A program made the position numbers and the translations under genes. Shown one piece after another: positions 37,201-48,795 of a stretch of DNA of 64,000 nt. The stretch covers positions 62,001 through 126,000 of the forward strand of contig CDMY01000296.1 in assembly GCA_001179505.1 (NCBI GenBank), read 5' to 3'. Position 1 is the stretch's first letter, and each line of letters opens with the position of its first letter. The notes beneath the pieces are model-generated. The model was given only the letters and a program-made list of their open reading frames with translations, made no database searches and was not told where the DNA came from. This DNA comes from Vitrella brassicaformis CCMP3155 (taxonomy: Eukaryota; Protista; Chromerida).

Positions 37201-39912
37201 CTATGTGGTGGGAGTGGCGTTGGTGCCGCCGCCGCCACCACCCTGGCCCTTCCCGCCGCCCCGATTGCCGCCGTTGCCGCCACGACCCCCGCCGCGACCA
37301 GAACCACGGCCTGCACACAGACAGAGACACCACACACCCACGAGACAACAGAGAGTCTTACTATGCGGGAAGAGAGAGGTGCCTCACTCAACTCATTCAT
37401 TCAGTGCTGTGTGTGCAGTGTACGGGGCTGTTAACATAACAGGTGACCTTACCTTGTGGTGGGTGTAGGAGCTGTGCGCCCTCCTGCGATGCGGCCATGC
37501 TGATGAGCTGCATGCCGTTCATGCCGCCAGAGGGAAGGGCGCCGGCCGGGGGGCTGGCCGTGTTGGAGGTGGGGTGGATCGACTCGGGGTTCTCCTGGTG
37601 GCCAGGATGGTGGTGCGGGTGGGGCGGTGGGGGCCGGTCCCTCTCACGACCTTGCCCTGGTGGCCCTTGCTGCTGCCCTGGTGGCCCTTGCTGCTGCTGC
37701 TGTTGTTGGGGAATGTTGTCCCTGTCTTGCTGCTGCTTCCAGCCGCCCCGCCCCCCACCGGCTCCCCTGCCCCCCCGACCACCGCGACCACCTCTATCGG
37801 CACCTCGATCGCCGCCTCTATCATCCCGCGGGTTGGCCTGATCGAGCAAGACAACCATGAGCGGTGGACGAGGGAGGGAGGGTTCGTTCCCTTTGTGGTT
37901 TGTCGGGTGTGCGCCTACCTCGTTGTTGGGAGGCCTCTTGCCCCGCCCTCGCGGCCAGCCGCCGACCTGACGCTCCAACTGCAGCCATGCAGACAGACAG
38001 ACAGAAATGAAGGGGCGGAGGGGATGGGTGAGTGTGTGTGTGTTGTGTGTGTTGGTTGTGCGTCGTCTGTTTGTTTGTTCTGTTTTAGCGGACGGACCTC
38101 TTCAAAAGACCTGCGGATGTCATCCCGCTCCCTGTCGTGCTTGTCGTACTCCTACACACATCATACACACATGGGACACAGACATGCACCTTGGCACTCC
38201 TCCCTCCCTCCCTCGCTCTCTCTCCCCTCTCTGACCGACCGGTATGTATTCGAAGATGGAGTCGAGAATCAGCACGGCGTCGTCAACGTTCATCCTGAGA
38301 CCGACCAACATCAAACTCTTCGCATGGTCGTCGACCCTACACACACACACACACACAGACGGACGGACAGACCGGTCAGATCCATCCATCAAGGAATGCA
38401 CCACTGCACTGCTTAGGTCGCTGTCTCTTTCCCACCCACCGACCAGACGTTGCTGAGGTGGGCCTGTTTGGCGACGTCGACGACGTTGCGCGAGTCCCGC
38501 TCATAGAGCCAGGCCTCGCTGCCGGGGCCGGCAGGGATCTTGTACTCGTGGTAGACGTACTCCAACTCCTGACGGGCATCTGAATGAATGCACTCAGCCA
38601 TCCATCAATCCATGGCACACAAGCAGAGCAGTGAATGGCATATATGGCACCTGACGAATGTGATGTGTGGGTGTGGGTGTGTGTGTGTGTGCGCACCGGC
38701 AACCTGCTTCTTGGTGTTGCCGAAGATGCGCACGAGGCAGTGGCCGGGCTGGATGGTCACACTCTCGTCGATGCCCGGGTCGCCGGGGTACAACATCTTC
38801 ACCTCAACCTGACACACACCACACCACACGCCCCCCCTACTTACTGTGCCCGAGCCCGTGTGCTGTGCTGTGCTGTGCTGTGCACTGCCTCCCTCACTGA
38901 CGTCGTAAGTGGTGCAGACGCGTCGTAGGTTCTGCCCCTCCCTGCCGTAGAGGAAGTATGAGACGAGGCTCTCGTCGACCTGGAAGTCGTCCCTGACGGC
39001 GTTGCCGTAGTGCTCCCGTCGCCTGCGGACGTTGGCCATCTTGTTGCCGCGGATCTCGTGGAACAGCTGGATCTCGCGCTGGTGCTTGAAGTGCACACCG
39101 AACAGAGCTATCGCGCGGTGGATGGCCGTCTCCTCACCTGCAGGACAGGCATTCCAAACACCCCGACGCACGTGCAGGGGTGGGCAGGCTCGTGTGTTGT
39201 GTGTCGGGGTGTGTGTGGCTGACTGACCGGTGAGGATGAGGTGCGATGCGTCGTCGGCCACCTGAACGCGCAGGAGGTTGGTCTGCGATAGCACCTGCTG
39301 CAGACAGCCGCTGGAGTCCTCCACGTCCGTGTCCAACCAGGGACGAACCTGAACACACACACACACACACACACACACGTGTCCTCTCCCTCCACTGTTT
39401 GTGTCTGTGTAGCCGCGCCACTCCCCCGCCCACCCAGACAGACAGACAGACAGGCAGACAGACAGACTGACCTTGGGGTCTATGTCCAGCTGCCTCTGTT
39501 TGATGGTGCTCTGCTCGAGTGTGGGGGCGTTGTTGAGGGGCCGCAGGACGTCCTTCTCGAAGATCATGCTCTGGATGGTGCCCTCGAACTCGACAAAGTA
39601 GAAGTTGCCCTTGACCTGCGTCACCGTCCCCAGCCGCCAGTGCGACGAGCTGTTGTCGGTGTAGGAGATGAAGACCTCCACCTTGTCGCCCTTGTGCGGC
39701 TCCCAGTCGGCAGGGATGTCCGTCAGGCACGACGGCAGCCGCACGCTCCGCGCCGGGACGACTGCTGGCTGCATGGCGCCGTCTGGGAAGAGCACCAGGA
39801 AGCTGTTGCCGTCGGGCTGGAGGTCCTGAATCTGCGCCACGTACCACCTGTCGCACCGACCGCCCTCATCGATGTTGCACTCCACTGTCGACCCTGGCAC
39901 CTCGGTCCTCAT
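37201..39912 (-). CDS. Fragile-X (FMR1/FXR)-like RNA-binding protein: 2x Agenet/Tudor, KH0, KH1, degenerate KH2, RGG boxes
   Basis: ATG 39912. Agenet1 VECNIDEGG..WYVAQIQDL..FLVLF..VPARSVRLP. Agenet2 GDKVEVF..HWRLGTVTQVKGNFYFVEF..LRPLN. KH0 RAIALFGVHF. KH1 DFQVDESLVSYFLYGREGQNL..VRIFG..ARQELEY. KH2-like region LMLVGLRMNVDDAVLILDSIFEYI. RGG-rich C-terminus, stop TAG at 37201-37203. The order is colinear with human FMRP as recalled from memory. Confidence 0.85.
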
Positions 39913-40181
39913 GCTGTTGCGCTGTTGTGCGATGCGTCCGTGAAGGGGGATGGCTGCGTGTGCACTGGTATGCGCGCTGATGCCTGATAGGCGCTCCGTC
40001 CTCCGAGAAAAGGACTGCAACCACTTCTTCAGGGAGAAGAGAACGCAGCTATCCTGGGGAGTGCCGCTCTGCTCCGTAAAAGTGTTCTAGCCTTTGACCG
40101 TGAGACCAACGTGAGACGAAGCCTGCTCCCCCTTTTCACTGCTGAAGAACTCCAGAAAAGCTGCCTGTTCTTTCCAACCCG

Positions 40182-42891
40182 ATGGCGGCATCTGTGAACG
40201 ACGGAGTAGTAGGTGCAGGAAGCGACAGTCAGCCACGCAAGCGTGTGGAAAGGAAGCGTGTGCCGGGCACTTTGCGGCGTTTTATTCTTCGATCTGTGTT
40301 TGCGTGCAGCCTTTGGTGCGGGTGGAGGGCTCGACGACGACGCACCACAGCCCCACCGGATGGGCTGCCAGGAGGAGCTTCAAGAGGAAGCAGCCCCTGA
40401 TGCAGCCACAGGTGCGTTGAGTGAGTGCAGACTTCACAGCATGGAGGTTGTGATAGGATTGGTGCTCTCAATGGCTCACTGCAGGCCTCGAGGTGGTGTT
40501 CCTGGTGCGCAGAGTGGAACCCAAGGTGGCCCAGGTCCGCAGGATCTCTGGCGACGGCCAACCTTTGACCATCCGTGGCGTTCCTGACCCCTTCGACCAC
40601 CGCTTCCGCACAGAAGGGCGCACCATCTGCTGGGCGGTGGCGGTGGCTGTCGTGGCCCTTTTGTGGCCTTCCTGGCTGTGCCCCTCCCAGCTCTCGTCCC
40701 TCCCTGCCTGCGTTGGGTGGTTGGTCAGGGGGGTCCTGGTTCTTGTCGGCGCCTTCAATCTCGCATATGCGGGCAATGCAGCGAAGAAACTTCTGGCGGC
40801 AACGAGTTGGTACCTGGCCACAGGCCACAAAGAGGACATTGTGGTGCCCAGGACTGTTTTCCACGTCGCCATAGTCGCCGTGTATGCCGTCGACAAGTGG
40901 CTATATGCGTGGGAGGCTATCCTTCGTTCCTGGCGCCCATTGGTGTCGCGGGCTGGGCGGTGGCTGGCTGCTGGGTTGTTGGTCGTGCTGCTGGTTGTCG
41001 CCGTCGCTGCCGTCATAGTACTGGGACGACAAGCTATGCCCACATCTACGCCCGTATCCCTGTCGGCCAATGAGTCCAGTACCATCCCCTCGCCGGCACC
41101 GCCACCCCTCCACGTGCCCCTCAGTGCCACCACTACCAAGGCCCACCACAGTGACGAAGCAGCGACCGAACCACCCGAACAAGAATCAACACCCGGGGAC
41201 GTCCCGGCTGCATCGCAGCCCCCCGCCACTCCCCAGTCCAAGCCGCAGGCTGACAAAGCTAGCGCCTTGTCCTATTCATGGAAATGGTGCAAGGTGTTAT
41301 TTTGGAGCACTCTCGTCGTGGTGGCTCTGGTTTGTGGCTTGGAGAAGTACGGCTGGCGTCCGCCCGTCGTGATGAGATCTATTCTGCCATTGTTTGTTTC
41401 GTCTGGGTGGGCGTTACGGCCGTTGTTTCCGTCTTGGTGTTTGGGACGCCGACGCAGGAGAGTGTACTCCCCCACAGACCACACAGTCCCCCCACCCAAG
41501 CAGCAACTGAGTGGGTCGCCTGGTTCACGGCAACTGGTGCTGTCGTCGGGTTGGGCCTGGTCGTCCTCGGGACTCTCATACTGGCGCTGCGTTCTGGGCT
41601 GCGTGCGTGCGGCTGGCTCCCTGCATTTGACGCATATGTGAAAAGGACGCTCGACGAGACCAGGGGGGCGATCCTTCGCAAGCTTGATGATATCCACCGC
41701 GTGATGGTTCGCACGCGTGAGGCCATCGCTGACCGAAACGCCCAGGAACTCATTCAGGAGGAGGAGGCCGCAAGAGAGCAACAAACACAGCGGGGCCAGC
41801 AGAGGGGGAGGACCAATAACAACAGGGGCGGCCGAGCCAACAACCAAGCGGCCGGACAGAGGAATGCTCGTCAGCAGCAGCAGCAGCAGGAGGAGGGGGG
41901 GCAGGCCCAGCGACATGTGGCGGAGGAAGAGGGGGACCGCAGAGTGCAGCCTGAAGACGAAGGCGGTGGAGCCCATGTGGATCACAGCGAGGCGACCTAC
42001 AGTGGCGGCTGGCAGCGAGCCGTGTGCCAACGACGCCGCCCCAGAGGCAGCCAGTCGGTCATTCAGGACCAGCAGCCAAGAGCACAACCACCGCAGGCAC
42101 AGCATCCAGGCCCGCAGGCACCATCAGGAGCAGCAGCAGCAGCAGCAGCAGCAGCGCAGCAGGCAGCACGTCCGGCAGCCAGTCGCTCGTCCGTCCCTCG
42201 CCCCTCTGCACCTCAGGGCTCTCCTGGTGCCCAGCAGGCGTTGGATGGGGCAGGAGGGAACGGTGCCGTGAGAAGCGGCCTGCCCCCGATGGTCGCTCCC
42301 GTAGGCGTGCCCAGGTATGTACGGGTGTCTGACGGACACGTGCAGTGCAGTCCTTGCTATGCTGGCGTGAACTAACTTGTTTGGTGCGTGTCGTGTCGTA
42401 TGACTCTGTCTACAGGGTGAGTGAATGGCTAGGCGGTCTGTTCGGGTACGTAAGGCCAGCAGCACACTCACTCACGTACATAATGGATGCATCCAGGTGT
42501 GCTGTGCCTCTCTGTGTGTGTGTGTATGTGTGAGCTGTCTTTCCTTCATTCCTCGCTTCAGGCCGTCCACCGACACGATCTGCACCGTCTGCCTGGACAA
42601 CCCAAGGGTCATCAAGTTCATGCCGTGCAGGCATTTCCTGACGTGTGCCAAGTGCTATGACCAGCTGCAGAAGCACCATGAGGAGGAGAAGGCGCAGGGG
42701 CGGCAGCAGAGCGAGAGGCCCGTTTGTCCCGTCTGCCGCAGGTCAGTGACTCAGTCAGTCAGCCAACCCTTGACGCGCAACGAGACGCGCGCACTCGTGT
42801 GTGGCCTTCCTTCTGCATTGTGTGCAGTGAGATCCACTTTGCTGGGACGGAGATGGAGGTCAAGAAATGGGCTGAGATGAAGTTCACCTAG
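40182..42891 (+). CDS. Multi-pass membrane protein with C-terminal C3HC4-type (IAP/MGRN-like) RING finger, probable E3 ligase
   Basis: Several TM segments, a Q/G/R-rich linker, then CTVCLDNPRVIKFMPCRHFLTCAKCY..CPVCR. Final exon EIHFAGTEMEVKKWAEMKFT-TAG at 42889-42891. A frame change occurs near 41294-41376 (see findings). Confidence 0.8.
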
Positions 42892-44051
42892 GCAACCAGA
42901 CCAGGGGTGATCGGAATGTCTGTCTGTGGTGTCCGACGCTTTTTTCCGTGTATGTGATGTGTCGATCGACTGGACTGACTGTGTATGGTATGATGGATAT
43001 AGACAGAGAGCTTCAGTCCATAAGTTTCCTGCCTGTCCTCCTCCTGGCCTGACGTGGCTGCACTAAGAGCTTTTTTCCATTACAGCTCCTCCCTCTTTTC
43101 GCGGGTCATGTGCATGTGCATGTGTGTGGGTCGATGGGATGGAGAGATGCGTCAGTCAGTCAAAGTATGTATTCACGGATATGTATGCATCATGTCACTC
43201 ATGTGCGGAAGTGTTTTGCGTCTGTCTCTGTCTGTCGGCTGCTGTCCTCCCTGCGATGGACCTGGACGAACAGAGAGAGCCTGACCCTTCATTCGTTCAG
43301 CCATGGCCAGGCGATGTGATGCTTGTGCAGGTGGAGGGAGACACGGCACGCAGGACAGCTGGCCGAGTGTATTTGATATGTGTAGCTAGGTAGGTAGGGT
43401 GTGTATGTGTGTGTGTTCACCCAAATTAGTTTGGCCTGTCTGCACGCACGTTTTTCTTGGCGTGCAGAAGTGTTTCTTGGTCGCCGTGTCGCGATTGAAT
43501 GGATATATCTCTGGTCAATGGTCCTTCGTGCAAAGGGGTGAAAGAAGAGCGTGCTGTTCTCGGTTGTATAGGGTTCTGCTGTGCCAGCAATGGACACAGA
43601 GAGGATTGGAATGGACGTTCATGTGAACCAACGCACGAGTACCCACCGCCAGAGGGACAAAGATTCGACATTTGCAGCCGGCGAAATCAATGTGTAGCAC
43701 ATCTGAATGAGTGTCAGTCACCCACAGAAAAACGCATCTCTCGCTACACGATCCACACATAGAGACATCACACACATGACATGCAGTGAGTGCATTGCAG
43801 TCCTTCATGCAAGCAACCAAGGCAGCGATCGCATCTCTCTCCCATCCGTCAGCCCACCCACCGCACCCCGTCGCTCACGCACCCACGAAGGCCCAACGGC
43901 AAAAAAATACGCGCAAAACTGAGCACTCTCTCTCGCCGAACGCACACGCGGTCAAGCTGCTGTCTACGCTGCAGCAGGCACGGCCTCCACCTTTTTCTGA
44001 ACACACAGACACACACACACACACCAAGGGTGAAACGTCGCTTCCTCTCTA

Positions 44052-45874
44052 GTGCGTTCGTCCGGTACGTCCGTCCTCACCAGAAGTTCCTCGACGGTCT
44101 CGCCCTGGATCTTCTCGTACACCTCCCTGATCTTAAGGGCGCAGAGGGTCTGGAGGAATCCGGTGCCGTTGAGGCTACCGGGGGCGTCCTTGACCTTCTC
44201 CATCGCACTCACCACCTCGGCGCTGCTCTTCTCGCCCGCGTTGACCAGGAACTTCTCAATCGCTGCCAGAGAGGACACGTCGTCGTACTCGCCGTCCATC
44301 TCCAACACACGGGCAGGCTGCAGTGGATGGATTGCGATCAGTCAACACACACAGGGGCTGAGTGTGTGGCTGACTGAGTGTGTGGCTGGGCGGGTAGCTC
44401 ACGTGTCCGAACCAATCTTCAGAGTACTGCTTGATCTTCAGACCTGCACACGCACACACCACAGACCACAACACAAAACAGCACACAGGTCCATCCATCC
44501 ATCCATCCCCTCTCCCTCTCTATGAGCCTGACCAATGGTGGATTGCGGCACAGATGTCTTGGAGGGTGCGAATCCGTCGACGTCAGCGCCGCTCTCGAAC
44601 AGCTCGACGGGCGTGAAGTTCTCGACGCCCAGCCGCTGGATAAGCCGCACCTTGAGGTACTTGCCCTTGGGGTCATCCACCAGGGAGCTCGGCAGCACCT
44701 GGATCACTATATCGGCCTCCTTCTTCTGGGGCTCAACGTAGGCGGCGAAATCGGGCTTCCGCGACTCGATCGACTGCCACGGGAGAGGGAGAGGGGGGGG
44801 GGTGTATGGGGTGGGGTGGTTGTGTGTGCCTCTCCACCGACTGACCTTTTGGATGGATTCGAGTGAGTGTCCTCTCTCCTCCATGTCACGCTGGATTTTC
44901 CAGGCGAACTTGACGTCGTCAGTGATGTCCAGATACACGCTGAAGTCTACCAGATCCCTACACACACACGCGCATTGATTGCATTCACACGAACAGACGC
45001 AATCCATAATGCAGAGCCATCCCATCCATGTGGTAATTCAATTGTCCTGTTTGCAATTGTGCTGTGTTGCTTTGCAAACCGTCGCTTACTTGACTCGCGA
45101 GTCGTAGATGGGGTGGAGGCCCTCCACAATAAAGATGGGCGACGGCTCAATCGTCTCAGCGGGATCCAGCTCACCTGCACAGGCAGACAGAGATCCGTCT
45201 GTGCGCATCTGTCCGTGTGTGGCTATCTAGGTATCCATTCACACCCACCCGTGATGTGGTTGTAGATGGGTTTCTCGACGGTGGTTCCCTCCTTGATGGC
45301 CTTGACCTGCTCGTACATGAGGTCGAAGTTGTTGGCCTTGGGGTCCAGCGCTGACAGGCCCGTCTCGGCCCTCCCCTTCCTGTCCAGCGAGTGGTAGTCG
45401 TCCAGACAGATAATGGTCGCAATGTCAGACACAAGCGTGTTGGTCTCGCGACCGATGGGCAGCAGACCGACGTTCTTGCCGCCAAAGATCTGCAGAGCCA
45501 CACACGAGAGCGGATAATCCATGGTCAAAGATCTATCACTCTCGCCACACCTGAGTGACCCTCCTCATGAAGGTTGACTTGCCGCACCCCGAGTCAGCCG
45601 CCACACCGATCACCACCGGCTTCTCGCCAGGCGGCAGGGACATCCTCGGCCCATCATAGACGCCATACCCCGAACGCGGCGATGACTCACCCACAAGCGT
45701 CACGGGGTTGACGAACGAGTTATCGAGCCTCTTGCTGAGAGCATTGGCTGCCTTGGGAGGGGTCAGCACGGGTGCTGCGAATCCGGTGGATGGGCTCTGT
45801 TTGGATGAGCGGAGGGTGGCCGCGATGGCAGAGCACACACACAGGGACAGCACCACGCACACCAGGCTCTTCAT
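44052..45874 (-). CDS. PRK: Phosphoribulokinase, nuclear-encoded plastid Calvin-cycle enzyme
   Basis: Signal peptide MKSLVCVVLSLCVCSAIA plus transit-like region. Then VVIGVAADSGCGKSTFMRR (P-loop), IICLDDYHSLDR, KPIYNHITG, EGLHP, DFSVYLDI..KFAWKIQRDMEERGHS, RKPDFAAYVEPQK and APGSLNGTGFLQT. Confidence 0.98.
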
Positions 45875-47019
45875 TCTGCAGACAACGCGTGCGGCACAAG
45901 GGGAGATCGTTGCGAGCTTTTGATCACTGGTCCTGGCCAGCTTGCTTTGGCCATTTTTTAGGGAGTTCGGTCATGCCCTCACGGATTTATGTGGTCTGTA
46001 GTACGTACGTAGTCGTGCATGTATATGTATGTATGTAGGTAATGTGTAATGCACTGCATGTACGTGTTGTTCGTCGGTCGTCGGTTTGCTCATCAGAATA
46101 GAACAGGCCATATGACAGAGGAGAGAGAGAGAAACAGCCGACAGACAGGCAGAGACAAACAGAGGATTAAATAAATAAAAGAGAGTTCGGTGCAACAAAC
46201 ACACACAACACACACAGAGAGCAAGAGAGCAAGAGAGCACGAGAGCACGAGAGCAAGAGAGGCAGAGAAGAGGCTATGAATGAAAGCAGCGATAAATAGA
46301 CAAACAAACAAGCAAGCAAACAAGCAGTCGAGCAGAGAGGCGGAGCGAGCAACTTGATTGAAGAGAGAATTATAGGCCTCATCACATCAGCCGGCCGATC
46401 GGATCAGACGACGGACGAGGGGATGGTCTTCCCACAATCCCACTCGCCTGCAGCTGACACTCGATCCAGCTCGACGTGCACACATTCGATCATACATATG
46501 AATCATCCATCAGTACTTACACACTTGTACTTGAATACTACATACTGCATCTGTACGCAGGTGGGTATGTACGAACGGATGCGTGTGTGGCGTTAGTTAT
46601 GGGACAGACAGACACCATACAGATAGATCACATGCATCGCATCGCATCCATAGACAGACAGACATCCACAGACAGACATCCACGGACAGACAGACAGACA
46701 CCCTGTAGATCTTCCCGCCTCTTTCCCCCATCAATGAAGCCCTCTCGGCTTCCCTCCTCCCTGCCCTGTGTGTGCTCTCTTTCCTCCCCTGATCGATCAA
46801 TCAAACAGCCAGTGAGTGTAAGTGTAAGTGTGGATACCGAGGAGGCGCGCGTCGCTTAGCGTGTGCGTGCAAGGCATGGCATGGGTCATAAGTGGGTAAG
46901 TGGGCGGGCGGCGAATTTTACAAAACTACAAAACACCGTGTGAAGTGTGGAGAGTGACGACATGCGAGTGAGTCAGTCGAACAAGCAATCAGAGAGCATG
47001 GATGATGCGATTAGATGCG

Positions 47020-47319
47020 NNNNNNNNNNNNNNNNNNNNNNNNNNNNNNNNNNNNNNNNNNNNNNNNNNNNNNNNNNNNNNNNNNNNNNNNNNNNNNNNN
47101 NNNNNNNNNNNNNNNNNNNNNNNNNNNNNNNNNNNNNNNNNNNNNNNNNNNNNNNNNNNNNNNNNNNNNNNNNNNNNNNNNNNNNNNNNNNNNNNNNNNN
47201 NNNNNNNNNNNNNNNNNNNNNNNNNNNNNNNNNNNNNNNNNNNNNNNNNNNNNNNNNNNNNNNNNNNNNNNNNNNNNNNNNNNNNNNNNNNNNNNNNNNN
47301 NNNNNNNNNNNNNNNNNNN
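47020..47319. other. Assembly gap (300 N)
   Basis: Run of N followed by a C-rich tract. Confidence 1.
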
Positions 47320-48495
47320 CCCCCCCCGCCCCGCCTCGCCCCTCCCCCCCATGCAGGCAGCCCGCCCCTTCTGTCACTCAGTGACTGAAAACGCGCTCAC
47401 CGCCCATTTCGCAGCCCCGTCGTGAATTGGTCGTGTGTTGCGTGCGAGTGTGCAAAAGTGATCACCTTGCTACTCCGACGGTGTGTAGCTGTGCAAAAGT
47501 GATCTGCCCTATTACATATACCCACCTACAAACCTTACCCGGAACACACGTCGGATTGTGAAAGAGACTCTGTGTGTCAGGAGGCAGGAGCTAACCCGAA
47601 ACAACACATGGACAGCGCCGTGATGTGATGTGTGTAGCTGGCCCCCGAGAGACATACATGAAGAACCATAGACACACGCAGATGAAAGCGGTGCGCACGC
47701 ATGCATGCATGCATGTTAAATAACATGGACATGCAGGGAGGAAGAGGGAGGGAGGGAGGAGGGGATCGAGAAATCGAGAAAAGGAGAAGGATCGATTGAG
47801 AAAGCGGGAGAGCCCTAGCCCTCCGTTTCTCTCTCTTCGCTTCTCTTCTTTTGGTCGGTCGGTCTACATCGGTCGGTCCTAAATGGTTTCACTCACTGTC
47901 AATCACTGACTGACTTGCGATTCACCCACCCCCCCACTCAACACTCCCCCAGGCACCGCACCCTTACCCACCAACCAATCAACGGCAAGCAAGAAAGGCG
48001 CCGCGAGGCAGCTGCTGCCACACACATGACCTGTCTATCTTCTGTCCATCCATCCAGGAGATCCATCCATCCATCCATCTCATGTCTTGGTCAAGACAGA
48101 CAGGTGAGTGAGATGTACCGCTCAGTGCGGTACTTTCAAACACGGCAGCCAGCAAGGGAAGGCAGGTGACACGAACTCATTGCATCAATCAATGGCAGCC
48201 ACTCGCACTCACATGATATAACAAACAACATCACACCACTAGCTGAGCAGAGAGGAGTTGCTCACCGACCCACCGGCCCACCGACCGATGTAAACTGCAC
48301 GCCGCGCCTCATCCCTCCATCCCTCCCTCCCTGCAACATCTCGCGTACATCCAGCCATATAAACCAAATATACACTTCCCGCCACCCCATCCCCTCCAAG
48401 CCAACCATCGACTCATCCCTCGCCCAATCGTTCAAACCAGACAGGCGAAGTAAATGAAAACCACTCGTCCGTCATCTTCCCCCCCCCCCCCCCCC

Positions 48496-48795
48496 NNNNN
48501 NNNNNNNNNNNNNNNNNNNNNNNNNNNNNNNNNNNNNNNNNNNNNNNNNNNNNNNNNNNNNNNNNNNNNNNNNNNNNNNNNNNNNNNNNNNNNNNNNNNN
48601 NNNNNNNNNNNNNNNNNNNNNNNNNNNNNNNNNNNNNNNNNNNNNNNNNNNNNNNNNNNNNNNNNNNNNNNNNNNNNNNNNNNNNNNNNNNNNNNNNNNN
48701 NNNNNNNNNNNNNNNNNNNNNNNNNNNNNNNNNNNNNNNNNNNNNNNNNNNNNNNNNNNNNNNNNNNNNNNNNNNNNNNNNNNNNNNNNNNNNNN
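48496..48795. other. Assembly gap (300 N)
   Basis: Run of N flanked on both sides by poly-C. Confidence 1.

Noticed and set aside
37397-37978. Overlapping plus- and minus-strand ORFs over the RGG/Gln-rich region, and similar antisense ORFs elsewhere (e.g. 20359-20973, 41272-42105)
   Set aside because: These are shadow ORFs of GC-rich low-complexity exons; only one frame joins the spliced gene models.
38605-40020. Very long ORFs read as single-exon proteins (also 25925-28081 and 7860-8954)
   Set aside because: They run through stop-free microsatellite introns that translate as [13 protein letters not shown] or RQTDRQTD; GT-AG boundaries and homologous motifs show these segments are intronic.
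47449-47504. Direct repeat with spacer as a possible mini CRISPR array
   Set aside because: Only two 15-bp copies, eukaryotic context and no cas genes.
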